A stretch of DNA of 59,431 nucleotides, counting the filler, from Streblomastix strix (Eukaryota), in assembly GCA_008636045.1 (NCBI GenBank). It is 3 parts of 3 records of this genome, joined end to end, with 100 filler letters (N's around TTAATTAATTAA, not from the genome) between each part and the next. Parts side by side here need not be neighbours in the genome. Positions count along the whole stretch, not along the records: positions 19,864 to 39,601 come from SNRW01000489.1; 2 more parts are not named here. One strand, written 5' to 3'. This document shows positions 26,221 through 38,689 of this stretch, piece after piece. Each line of letters starts with the position of its first letter. The stretch's first letter is position 1. The translations under genes and the position numbers were made by a program. The notes beneath the pieces were generated by a model. The model was not told the origin of the DNA, made no database searches, and was given only the letters and a program-made list of their open reading frames with translations.

Positions 26221-26632
26221 AGTAGAATAGTCCCGCGAATCTTGCGCTCAAAAGAGTTAAATTTATGGGTTAACTTATCCATTAAGGCCTCAAAAACGTG
26301 GTAAAACAAGGGAAAAGAACTGATTCCTGAATAATTATACCTTGTTTTGATTTATTTCGTGGGGATATATTATTTATTGAATATTTTTTTACATCATTTT
26401 CTACCATGATTGTTCAAACTTAACGTAAAATTAATGAAACACGGTATTTTATGGGGAGAAATGTATAATTGTCGCGATACCAAGCCGAGAAACGAATAAT
26501 GTGGGGACAAAGGTATAATTATTCAAGAATCAGTTCTTTTCCTTTGTTTTACCACGTTTTTGAGGCCATAATGGATAAGTTAACCTATTAATTTAACTCT
26601 TTTGAGCGCAATATTCGCGGGACTATACTACT
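26221..26632. mobile_element. 412-bp non-coding element with ~120-bp TIRs starting AGTAG (mini-Maverick/MITE-like)
   Basis: Left end agtagaatagtcccgcgaatcttgcgctcaaaagagttaaatt...; right end is its reverse complement (...cgcgggactatactact). No obvious TSD. Confidence 0.8.
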
Positions 26633-26672
26633 TTTTTTCCCTGTATAATAACTACCTGAAATTAACCTCTGA

Positions 26673-26859
26673 TCAAACTTTTAAATTTTTTGAAAAAATA
26701 AACAGAGGTGCAATCTGCCTTCTCGCCTTTGGCAGATTTCACTTTGTGAACTAGCTGACTGAAAGTTAGAGCTATAATTAACTGAAGATCAACCTCTTAA
26801 CTAATTTTGAAAAATAAAAAGTTGGTGCAATCTGCCTTTTATCTGGTTGAAAGTTAGCG
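26673..26859 (+). repeat. Element-C cis-motif, two tandem units (forward)
   Basis: tcaaac...ttttgaaaaa(a)taaa...ggtgcaatctgcctt...gaaagttag. Inverted partner at 32828-32966. Confidence 0.8.
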
Positions 26860-26998
26860 TGAAATCGAGCCAGCAAATTTGCAGGGTCAAACTTTACATA
26901 TCTTACTTCCACAGGCGTAATTTATAGCTGCCTCCTATATTGTTTTGAAGATTGAGTGCCAATTGATACCTAATTATTCCTCGATCAATTAAATTGTT

Positions 26999-29900
26999 TC
27001 ATTCATCGACATTTATTGTTGGCTAAAGATCTATATAATTTGTTGCGGATAGTTGATGTATGAATGGCGCAGCCAACTAGCTATTGGGTAATAATATCAT
27101 TTTAGTGTGTATACCAGTTAGGCCATTTTTATTTAGGGATAATTTTGACATAATTATATCTTTCTAACCTAAACGAGTATTTGTACACTTCATAATTTTT
27201 CCATCAATTGTATCTAATATATTTTATTTAGTTATCACATTTTATGATTAATTGATCCCTTTTAACTTAATTATTTCCTTCTTGGCGTTGATATAGTAGT
27301 TTTTTGGGGATAATGCTATCATCACATCACTTTTTTTTTCAGTCGCTAATTCTAATAACTTCTTTTATTCAGTTAGGTCATCAGTTGTTGGAAAATAATA
27401 TTTAGCGTTAGTATCATAAAATTATTGATCAGTAATTATGTGGTTAAATCCCTGATTAATCGGTTAATTAATGTTACCTGCAGCTGCGAAGTACATTGAA
27501 TCAGTATCTTCTTCAATAAAATGAAACCTATTTTTATCTAAGCACTTATACATAAAATTATATATGAAATTAAGATACCAATACTTTGCTTTATCTAATG
27601 TGAAATAAGCTTCCTATAATAGTGTTGTACATTTACATTTATCTGCATTTAATTATACTGCGTAAAGATTATCGTCCAATTAGCGTTCATTCATAAAATT
27701 ACCAGTCAAATGAGAAATAAATGTGTCCGCTTTTGATCTTAATTTTACATTACTAAACTTCTCAGTGTTCATCCCATCTGACCAATAACTAGCGTTCAAC
27801 ACTATTTTACAGAATTAATCCAATCCCTTATTATTAGATTTAATAGCATATATTCGCCTATTCATAAATGTGTTAACAAATGAATTAAATTTATCGTGTT
27901 TGGTAAATAAAATAAGTTAACTTATGTCATCAATTACAAAATTACATGTATCAATTAAGAACCATAAATAATAAGAACTGAAAGACATAAATTAATCGTG
28001 AGTGGATAATAAATTGGTTAATTTCCGTTCTTATTTACCTACGTTAATATTATTATTTTTCATAAAATTATAAGTATAACTTCCAATTGTTTACTCATTA
28101 GTAGTGTATGTTAAAATCCTCAGAATAGGTGGAAAGTTAATGTGTTGATTAATATCCTAAATATGGCCCTTTAATTGTAGCGATAAATAATTAGCCAGCT
28201 AAAGTATATCAAGTTGGAGAATTAATTATATTTAAACAACGTTATTTATTTTATTCATTATCATTAATCACTTCTTTAACTGTTCCTGACATAAATAATT
28301 TATGATTAGTGTACGTATTTAATGGGTGAAATTAACTGCTCATTAAAGAGGGATATAAAGAGTTGAAATCCAGTCCTATAATATTAGTAACAACATTATC
28401 TGTTTCAATTACTTTCACCTACTCCTCAAATACTAATTTTTTTTATTTTAGTTTAATTAGCAATATTTATTAGATTCATTACATTATTTAATCCACCTGT
28501 TATACCATCTCTTAAAGTTTAATATACTTATTATTTATTATTTGTTGTAGGTAAATTATATTTTTAACAATATTTTTTTAATTATATCAGTAGCTTCATT
28601 TCTTGATCGTTCCTATTACTTTTGACCTAGTTACAATATATGCAGCATTATCTAACATTATTCTTAGTGAGAGATAAGGAATTATTTATTCGATCTAATG
28701 TGGGCTTATTTTTAAATGTAAATTATGTTTAACAAATATAACAGGGCTATCTAAATAATTTTTGGAAGTAATCATAATCACTTTCATTCACATTATTGCC
28801 CACGGGTCGATGGGCAAATTTATCTTAGGAAATATACCCTTCTACTTTAGCTTTTCAATATTAAGGTGTAAGATAGAATGGTGGATCAAACGTATTGATA
28901 CTATAATCATCATCTAATTTAAATTCGTTATAGGCCATAGAAAATTTGACCGCATTAGCGCAACTGGTCATCGAGATAAATTAAAACATATTCATTTTAT
29001 ATTCAAAGAACAGATTAATTAAATTTTTTATTGTTTCAACCATTAACGAGGTATCTAATATATTATAATGTTTCAAATAATCTCACCTGTTATTGAATTA
29101 CTTATAATCTAATAAGTACTATTTATATTCTTTATCTGTTATAGAACTATTTTTCAACGTGTTGGCAAAATCAGATTAATTAATGGAGGTAGATTAAGAC
29201 AGCTATTTTTCATAGTCATCTCCCATTAGATCGTAAGGAAAGAGGCCCTTACTTTACTGTTAGTTTGAGAAGTTGATAACAAATTGATTCAATGTCATTG
29301 GTGGTGCTACATATAAGAATGCGTCTAAAAATTTAAGTTTAACCGATAAATTATTGTGTGAAATAATTAACTATTTACAGAATTAAGAAGTACCCAAATA
29401 GCTAGTTATTTTCCATTAACTTGAGGATAAATATGGAAATAATAAGGATATATCAAACTTAGCGGAATTATATCCGAGGATAGGAACTTCGATTGAATAG
29501 GCGGATAGTGTCATCATAATTGTTATCGTGTTTAATTTAAACTGCTTCTTTAAATATTTAACTTAACCATTAATTTACGAAGTTATCTTATCAATTATCG
29601 AAATAAATAGATTTAATACCCTTAGAGGAATAAATAGTGCTGGCAACTGATAAGGGGATTAATTTAGATATTAATTTACTATCTTTACCAAATTCAGTGA
29701 TTTCTTTTTATTCATATGTTTCGAAATCATAAGTTATAAAGTATTAAGTTGGCTTAAAGTCATGTTCTCTATTATTTGCGAGTAAATAGCGATAGGTCTT
29801 ATTTTACATAATATGTGGTACGAATGGACGTTGAATGTTATCCAACATTACTTATTTCTTAATTTAATCTTTACTTAATCTACACTTATCTATATGTTTA

Positions 29901-31276
29901 GCCATGTTCTCTTTAGTGCGTGAATCAACTTGAAAACAATGATTTTAGCAAATTGGGCAAAATAATAGTCCAGTTAAGCGTTCTTTATCTGTTACCAATA
30001 ATGTGTGGATATTGATACCATTTAATTCCTCAGATTAGATAAGTAATAAATTTATTTCGTTATCTCCTTCAAGCACCTCTGGTGCCGCCAACGAAGTTTG
30101 TTTCGGGAAAGATTAGGCCAAATAATAGCGAAAAGAACTGTCGTCCTATTCATAGGAAAATAAGTTAACAGATAAGTTTAAGTGTTTATGGATTAATTAT
30201 ATATCTGTTGCATAATTGAAGCCCTCGAATATTCTTGGGTTAAATTCCCCATAAAATAGATTCTTTATTTCCTTCATCTTTGCAAGTACTTATTTTTCAC
30301 TGTATCTTTTTTCCTTACTATCTTTCAACTAATATCTGGCAATTGATTCCAGTACACAGATATTAGGATAAGGTGAGTTAACATATCTGAAGCATTAGCG
30401 CTTCTTGGATAGATGTAGCTTGATACTCGGAATAGATTTACCACTGATTGGAAGTAGATATGTTATCGCGCACATTGTATAAATTGTAATATATTTCTCC
30501 TTTATATCAGTTAATATACGTTCTCGTATAGAGATAATTAGTGATTCAATATAATTTCTATATAGTTCAATATCTTATTAGTTACGTATTAATATTGGGG
30601 CTCTTCTTTCGGTCATTGATTTTCTAGGGATAATATATCCATAAGTAATCCGTTAGTCGTTATTTTTATCTCTATCTTTCCTTTCATATATGAATCCAAA
30701 ATCAATTGCTAACTTATATAGTTTATTTTTCATTGAAGTATGAATTGAGTCGAAGAAATCGTATATATTTAATACGTTGGATATTTAATTATTATAATGA
30801 GCTATTACTATTGGGTTTCGTTCAACATGGATCCAATCGTGATAATTAGATTTAGCATCATTGAGAACCTTATTGAATTCGTCTAGATCTGCGGGATGAG
30901 CTAACAATAGTACATCCTCATTAGCTAACTTTAATAATTTACGCTAACGTGTTGATTTAATTTGTTAATTAATTTCCTATAATTGGGATTAGAATATATA
31001 CTATAATTTTGGTTCTAATTACTACTTTATCTAGTTAAAGTCTATTTTTGTTTATATTGGTTAACGTTAATAAAATTAGTTATCTAATCTAGTGTCAAGG
31101 TCAGATAAAAATTAAGTTAGAACATCATAATTATTCCTTGTTCCTTTGCGTGGAAAATTATTTTTATCAAGTACTTTCTTTAATTATTACTTCAATAATT
31201 AATATGCTTTGCTATTTTTCAATTGTGGGGATATAATATGTAGTAAATTTAATAATTAACCTTTTGATAATACCAT
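26999..31276 (-). pseudogene. Full-length Polinton-type pPolB (~1425 codons) with putative terminal protein/vOTU, Zn finger, exonuclease, HNH-like insert and polymerase; frameshifted
   Basis: NICVLESIAR/IHTLL, CPIC...H...C, ExoI ITYDFET, ExoII GYNSAKFD, KGLFPY, ExoIII YLKHYNILDT, motif A GLDFNSLYPS, motif B KIVLNASY, motif C EDTDSMY. Confidence 0.9.
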
Positions 31277-31378
31277 TTATAGTAATATAAAAATAATTTT
31301 TATTTTATCTAGATAAGTTAAAGTTAAATTAATAGGGTACGCTCTTTTCGGAGCTAGCTGTGGTGGTTAATTTCACCA

Positions 31379-32080
31379 TCACCCTTAGATCAATAATCCA
31401 GCGAAGTTAAGTATCTAATTTTAACCCATATATATTTCTTTTTATATGAAAACATGTATTTCTTAGATATCACAAACATTTATCAAAAATAATAATTTTA
31501 ATAAAATAAGACCAACAAATCTTTTGAACTTGGTATAACAAATTTAATGACGTTAGCCATTAGTATCCTTAGCGTAAACAAAGTGAAAACCGCCTTTTGA
31601 TTAATTAATATGTAATTATTTAAATTTTAGCCCATTAAATAAATAGAAAATATCGTTATGAAAGTACAAATTCTCAAATTCCCAATTACCATACTCATTA
31701 TTCACTATGCTCCCGTCATCAATATGGTCAAGATACACTTATTCAATATTATCTCGATGTTACTCTCTATTTAAACTATTTTAGCTAGGTGTAGCCTATC
31801 TAAGATTAGCTAAGGAATTATCTGTTCTGATCTATGATCTATGATCGACCTGAATTTTATATTCATGGTCATCGTTAGGAATGAATTATAGCGCAACTAA
31901 TCGATGTAATCCATATGTACGATTATTTAATGTAGTTCTCATATATCCATTAGGAGTTTGACTAATAGTTGGTTCAAACCTGTCAGCTATTCGTCTAATA
32001 CGCAATGATTGTGTGGTAGTTATCTCGAACTCAGGTTCAACATCAAGTTGGACAAATTATTATTGGGTATTATCAGTCAT
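31379..32080 (-). CDS. HNH homing-type endonuclease (NUMOD4/HNH_3-like); 3' end uncertain
   Basis: GYMRTTLNNRTYGLHRLVALQFIPNDDHEYKIQVDHRSQIRTDNSLANLRQATPSQN. Confidence 0.85.
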
Positions 32081-32122
32081 TTAACTAGTGGATAAAAAAA
32101 TAAAAAAATAAAAAAATAATTT

Positions 32123-32791
32123 TCAATTATTAAATTATTTAATTAATGTTTCGATGTACATTTTAAATTCAAACTTATTATTATCATACACTTGAACATA
32201 TTAGTTTCGTTTCCCATTATCATTTATTTTTAGCTACATATAAGTATCATTATCGAGATTATTATTCCAAATATTCTATGTTTCATCTAATACGTAGTAA
32301 TCACCTAATATTCTATTTTTATAATCAACCAAATCGGTTAAATTTTTATCTTTCATTTCTTCTTTAGATCTTATTTAATAACTCTTATTTGTATTATATC
32401 GATTATAGTCAAATTAATCCACCCATAATAAGTTATCAACTGCGTCATTCTCCAGATCGTTATCTAAGTGGAATATTTTATTTTTATTAATATCTTAATT
32501 TGGTATAAATTATTTAGCTACGAGATAACTGAAGGACAGATCACAACGTTTGCCGTTGATATCGTTCAATCTAATTTATCTACCTATAAGTCCACCGCTT
32601 TTACTTTTCTTTGATTAGGAATTAATTTCCCTATCTAGCTTTGTATTCCAAACTATTAATTAATCGTTAATCAGATATCTGGGGTAATCTATTATTGATT
32701 CATAACCTTAACGTTATTTTTCATAGCTAATTCTGTTCATCTTATCTTATGTTGATTCCTTATCTGTTATATATTTATCAAGGAATGTCAT
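32123..32791 (-). CDS. Divergent HNH-like paralog (222 aa)
   Basis: YLVAKQFIPNQDINKNKIFHLDNDLENDAVDNLLWV. HNH_3-type pattern, but the catalytic residues look eroded. Confidence 0.65.
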
Positions 32792-32827
32792 TTGTTTTCC
32801 AGATAAAAAAATAAAAATAAAAATAAA

Positions 32828-32966
32828 AAAGGTGAATTGCACCGCTGTTATTTTTTTCAAAATTATTTTAAGTTTGGGTGGAGGTCTAATTTTAGCTCTA
32901 ACTTTCTGTCAGCTAGAAGGCAGATTGCACCTCTGTTTATTTTTTCAAAAAATTTAAAAGTTTGAC
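32828..32966 (-). repeat. Element-C cis-motif, two tandem units (reverse)
   Basis: Reverse complement reads tcaaacttttaaatttttgaaaaaataaacagaggtgcaatctgccttctagctgacagaaagttagagct..., near-identical to 26673-26772. Confidence 0.85.
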
Positions 32967-33042
32967 CTGACATTAATTACCACGTTAATTCAAGTGCTAA
33001 TCATGGTTAAATTTCCATACTAACTTTTTTTATCATATATAA

Positions 33043-33330
33043 ATGTCTGGTTCATGTTGCTCCTATAACGAATATTCCCTAAATTTTAATGTAATAGGAA
33101 ATTTAAGTTACGATAGAGGAGATCTAATACCTTATTACGGTCAATCAGTATCAATATTAACACCTTAATAATATAAATAGTTCAAAATAATATTCGATAA
33201 TATTATAGAAACAAGTGAAAAATAACGATAAGATTACAATAATAATAGACTAAGGAGAATAGCTGATTATCATCGCTAATGCTTCGATGAATGTGTATTT
33301 TAAATAGAATAACGAAATAAATTACTTTGA
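33043..33330 (+). CDS. Viral hypothetical protein (95 aa)
   Basis: MSGSCCSYNEYSLNFNVIGNLSYDRGDLIPYYGQ...*. Open under TAR=Gln; lies between two cis-motif copies. Confidence 0.5.
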
Positions 33331-33474
33331 TTATTATTTTTGACTGCCTAAATTTTGGCACTCAACTTGTTGGAATGAATCTTCGACTCACTCGATTTTT
33401 ACCAACCAAAATTGGTTCCTTAATGTTAGGGACTAAAAATAGCCCCGAATTAGTGCTTAAATTAACGTTCGGCT

Positions 33475-33541
33475 AAACTTAAAATAATTTTTAAATTTAT
33501 TTCGTTGGTGCGATTCACCTTTTATCTGACTTAGAATTAGC
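33475..33541 (+). repeat. Element-C cis-motif, single unit (forward)
   Basis: aaacttaaaataatttttaaatttatttcgttggtgcgattcaccttttatctgac. Inverted partner at 38690-38750. Confidence 0.75.
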
Positions 33542-33557
33542 CTAATAATTAATGTTA

Positions 33558-35500
33558 TCAACCTGCCACAATCATACTACCACCAATCTCTCCAATTACC
33601 TCTAAATTTAATATTTATGGTTCAGGGGCATCATCGAACATTATTCTAATAATTGAATCACACAAGAAGTGAACCAGTGGTGTCTACGCAATCTATGTTG
33701 AAATAGGGTAGCTTCTAGTTCCAATAAATCCAGTGAAATTATTTTAATTCTCTGTAGTGGCGGGATCAGTATCGAGAACCTTAAAATTATCTATAATTCC
33801 ATTTGCAATATTATTATGGAGTATCACTTGTATATTAGTTCTAGCACCTATCTTCGTACTATTACAGCCTCTCATGAACGAGTCATCAGTAGCTAATTTC
33901 CATGCTAGCATAAATTTATTCGGATAATACGTTTTTATAGCTTTAAATCCCCTGAATAGTGTCGTATTAAAGAATACGTTATCTTATTATTCTGCGGGCT
34001 CATCATCTTTTCCGTATTAGTAATTTTTATCATTTATATTAATGTTTTCGAAAGTAAGTGAACGATAATGATCTGATGGCGCTGATACAATATCCTAGTA
34101 AACAAAACATTAAAATTCGAACCATTAACATCAGCAGTTAGTGCTTCATATGGATTAGGTGTCGCATGTTTTTGGTCAATTATTAAATCAATCTTCTTCA
34201 TTAGTAGTGGGAAGAACCATGTTGGATATTATTACATAGCGAATGTCATAAATACACTTTTTATATTAGAGAATGACATTATAGTTTTCATTTAAGTTCC
34301 TGACATAGGATAATTGGTTGATTGGGTCTTTAATACTTAAGTTTGAAAGTGGATTATTTTTTACGCTCTAATCATATCTATAATCGCCATTTCGTTCTCC
34401 ATAATGAAACACAAATTATGTATAGATAAATTATCAAAATAAGCCGTATCTATTTATTTTATACTATTTTAGGGGTAAGTATCAGCATTACCTAGATCTC
34501 TACAATTAATCAATCGAACAGTATAGTATTCACTTGCAGGTGGATCACTATCATCTAGTAAAGTAAAAATATCTGGTTTCACCGCTGGTATCATTGCGTA
34601 AGCTAAACAAGTATCAAATGATCTGAATTTATTTAACCAAACTACTTTCAAATCTTATAGGAAATCAGTCATCCATAGTTACAAATATAATGAAGCATAG
34701 TTTCTAGTTAGTACAGGAAATTCATTAAATATCGGGTTAAGTTAATTTAAGTCCATTACCCCAGAGAAAGTAATATCCTTGGGATAGCGATAGAAATAAG
34801 CAGTGGTAGTAGAAGCAGCAGCAACTTCGACTAACGGTAAATCGAGAAACACACCGTAATGGCGTTTGCCCTAAAATATACTTTCTAATGGTGAAACAGT
34901 AACGCTATTATTAACGGTTAGGTCAGATAGTGAATTGGAACGTATTATAGCCTGTTCTCTAGCGTAAATAGATGTTTCCCATAATTTAGTGTTATCTCTA
35001 CATATAGCTATTTATTAGAACGGTCCACATGCTATTGAAAATCCTAACCAAAATTTTAGTACTTCACCAATATTAAACTTTTATGTTGTTTATTTTATAT
35101 CTGCTGCTAGTGCAGTTGTTGCTGTCTTAGTTCCAATAAAGTTTGTTCTAGATCTGGCAAATTCTATGTTAATTAACAAATCTTTTGTCGTGTTTACTCT
35201 ATTTAATTATATTCCTATAGTGTTAGCTGGTATAGTAATTATCCAATTAACTTAGCAAGCCTAAATACAACAACAAGTTGCACTTCCTCTAGCCCCTAAT
35301 TGAGCACGAGTTTATCTAGTACCACCTAAAGTTAAAGTATTTCTTGGTTTGTCAAAAAATTCCTATTTGGATAATGTAAGTGATTAAGTTTCAATAGTCA
35401 AAGTTCTTAACACTTCATTTAGTGCAGAGTGTGATGAAACATAATCAGAATGTGATGCTTTCGATAAACGAACTAAATAATCTGACGCGTTGAATGACAT
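33558..35500 (-). pseudogene. Putative major capsid protein (copy C; one 1-nt deletion near 34112)
   Basis: MSFNASDYLVRLSKASHSDYVSS... ~648 aa; homologous to copies A and B; in the same element as pPolB and ATPase. Confidence 0.6.
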
Positions 35501-35533
35501 TTATTGATTGAACTAAATTTTAAACTAATATAA

Positions 35534-35737
35534 ATGGTATTTTGGTCAGGTCTCAAGAATTTCGGCTCAAAAATATTAGGCGGCGTAACATCAGTGGCTA
35601 TATGGGTAGTTCCTGTTCTTCATAAAGTTATGGGTGCTGTTTCAGGGCCATTAGGTGCAATTAATCCGACTGCTGGTATGATATCCAAAGGAGTAGGTAG
35701 TGCAGCAGGAATGGCAAATAAATTCCTTAATCGATAA
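35534..35737 (+). CDS. Amphipathic 67-aa peptide, adenovirus protein VI-like (copy C)
   Basis: MVFWSGLKNFGSKILGGVTSVAIWVVPVLHKVMGAVSGPLG...NKFLNR. The homologous stop position has TAA where copy B has TGA. Confidence 0.75.
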   Translation: MVFWSGLKNFGSKILGGVTSVAIWVVPVLHKVMGAVSGPLGAINPTAGMISKGVGSAAGMANKFLNR

Positions 35738-35771
35738 AACATTAATACACGAATTATTTTTATATTTAAAT

Positions 35772-35969
35772 ATGGTAGTTAATAAGAACTTTGGTTTAAA
35801 AATATTAAATGGAGTCAAATAAGCAACAGGATATGTTCATAATACTTTAGCCAAATTGCTAGCTTCAACATAGATGAGAAGTGACGCTGTTATTATAAAA
35901 CCAACTCATATCTAACCTAAACCAATTGATTATGTACACTAATCGAAAAAATTAATTTAAGGTTAGTGA
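35772..35969 (+). CDS. Tandem paralog of the pVI-like peptide (65 aa)
   Basis: MVVNKNFGLKILNGVKQATGYVHNTLAKLLAST...*. Shares KNFGxKILxGV with the upstream gene. Confidence 0.55.
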
Positions 35970-35988
35970 AAACATAAATTTAAGCCGC

Positions 35989-36634
35989 TAGCATTTATGT
36001 CACTAACATAGTTGGTAATGTAGTTAATTTTTTCTCTAATTAAATGGAATCATTAATAATATAATTGAAATAATTAATCAAACAATTATCCAAAAATAAT
36101 ACTCTTTAGAGCGGCAACATAGTTGCTATATAAGAAGATCTAATATCTGAAATAATTTAATAGTTAAAGGACTTAATGTAGCCCTAATTAGATTAACCAT
36201 TATTGTCCTAAGAGTTGAAAAAAATTTAATAACAATTTGATCACCAATAATAAAAATTATCATTTTTTAATAAGTATGCAGAACAAGAGTAGTACCTTAA
36301 TAAAATTTACGCTTAAAATAATCACAAATGTATTGATTAATATAATTAGTATAAATAATTAAGTAGTACTCAAGCTGAAAAACTTAAACGTTATATATTA
36401 ACAGAGGCAAATGATGAGGAAAAATAAATATACAATAATTTTGTATCTGATGTTGGAATTTAATAGTTCAATAATTATTACTCGTTAAATTAAATCTGAT
36501 TAACTCAATTATTTTATGCTATTATCGAAAGGTAATTAATATAATTTATCATTTCCTAACACTTATTTCCAATATATTCCCCTTCATCCTCTATGTTTGC
36601 TTAAGTAGCATTTATGTCGCCAACAGAGTTGGTA
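35989..36634 (+). repeat. 29-bp direct repeats (35989-36017, 36606-36634) flanking one ORF
   Basis: tagcatttatgtc(a/g)c(t/c)aaca(t/g)agttggta x2. Confidence 0.75.
36044..36499 (+). CDS. Viral hypothetical Gln-rich helical protein (151 aa)
   Basis: MESLIIQLKQLIKQLSKNNTLQSGNIVAIQEDLISEII...*. Open under TAR=Gln. Confidence 0.5.
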
Positions 36635-36779
36635 CTTATTTTTTCACTTTCCTCACATTTAATAGGTTCAATTAGAGCTTAATAAATATAATATATCTCA
36701 GTATTGTTCGCGTTAATCTTTTACCCAAGTTTGATCGCTACTTATAACAACTAATCCATATTTAATCATAATTAATTTT

Positions 36780-38572
36780 TCATAATACTCGACCGTTGAA
36801 TGTTAATGTGTTTCCATCAGCGGATATTCGTAATCCTCTATCGGTTGCAACATCACTTGCTTGCATAATAGCGAATTAATTTGTATTTCCCATATGACCA
36901 ATAATCCATTATCCTTCTACTGTTCCACTAGTTTATTATGGATCAGCTCCCACTGTCACAAAACTCCATTAATTACTCGTTGATTTACTTATTCGTATTC
37001 CTTCACTAATGTTTGAAGTATTTGGATTTACCTAAAATGCACCATTAAATATTTTTGTACGATTAATTGTTAATTCAGTTCCAACATTAACCAATTCATT
37101 ACCATTAAATTTTATTATTGAACTATCACTATTAATATTTAGGCCAACACTATGGTCAGCATAACGTTGAGATGATGGGTTAATTGTCAATGCTCTATCA
37201 CTTGTTTTACTTATTTCCTATTAACCTAATTGAGTAGTATTTATAGCTGTAGTTGAACAACCTAAATATGATGATGAGTATTCTGTGTTATAGTTTCCAA
37301 TTCTAATACCATTATTAAATATAGTATAAGTTCTACCTGTTGGATTAACTTATAACATATTACTTATTATTCCACCATTACCTAAATCATAAGTAATTGG
37401 TATTTGTGTACCATTTGATACTTCTGAGACTACATCTTATGTTAATATTTCTATTATTCTATTGGTATAATAAGTGCTTTAATCTGATATCACTATCGTA
37501 ATGTTACCAGCTGATTCTAATCTAACATATGCCGAATAAATTGAAAAAGTATTTGATCAAGAATGATTGTGAAATAATTAATTTACACCATTATCAATAT
37601 CATAGTATGAACTAACTTTAATTGGAGCTGTAAATATTCCATATACAGTATTGATTCCATTAACGGTATAATAACGCACTAACCTAATGGTTTGAACAGC
37701 ATTGTAAGATGAATATAATTTAAATTCAATGAATGAATTATCATTACTAGCCCCAGCAGGAAATATACATAATCTAATCCATCCACCTGCACTAGCGTTA
37801 TATATTCTTGATAATTTACTATCTATAGTAGTTGTATCTCCATTCGCTAATAGTATTTATTGATTTGTTCCACCAATATTAATAAATTTAGTAGCTGTTA
37901 CATCCCCATTCTATGTTAATTATTGGGATGGATATGATCTCCTCTACTATACGATGTACTAATTCCAGCACTAGCTTCTCCATCAACTATAGGCGATTCA
38001 TCACTAGCGGGTGTAACTTAATCAGGAACTAATTGGCCACTATCATTCCAATTTGATTCATACATCCAAACCGTATGACATTCTGCAGAGAAGGCAAAAT
38101 CACCTGTAACGCTAGAGGTTAGATTAGTTATATCTGCGTTAAGTAAATAATATCCTCTAAAATGTGTTTATCGATCTAACTCCTGCTAAATTAATGTAAT
38201 TGATTAATTTATATTATTAATATCCGAAGACTATTGTTTATATTCTTATTGCTGTTAATTTATCTATTATTATATTTAAACTATTTATTATATAAAATCT
38301 AAATTTAACACTTATAAATCCTTAATTATTAATTTACCTTCAGTATTTATTTTTAAAGCAAAATTGCTAGCTTGCCCATCAGATATATATTATTTATCGG
38401 TATAAACAAACACGGATTAATTATCTATGAATAGTTAGTAGTTTTCATCTTGTATTACAACTGAATTATTACTTTTATTTTTCACATACTACAAGTAATA
38501 TTATATCTATATCGAAATTAATTAACTAATAATAGATCTTTATTAATTGGTGAGAACTTATATCTATTACAT
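36780..38572 (-). pseudogene. Long fibre protein (copy C; frameshifts and an in-frame TGA)
   Basis: N-terminal half homologous to the 18162 gene (QTHFRGYYLLN...PDQVTPA; one DHxHP repeat). Different distal part with two GIRI...FN modules. Confidence 0.75.
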
Positions 38573-38689
38573 TTAAGTGTACAAAAATAAATACAGTTAA
38601 TGTTGGGCTAAAGAGGGGGTCCTGCCTAATTTGGGCTATACAAATGTTAACCGCGAACTTTTGCGACTAGTTCTTTACATTAATTATTT

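Noticed and set aside
35735..35737. TAA acting as a true stop in a viral gene (dual-meaning codon)
   Set aside because: A single case in a decaying element whose paralog has TGA; a point mutation is the simpler explanation.
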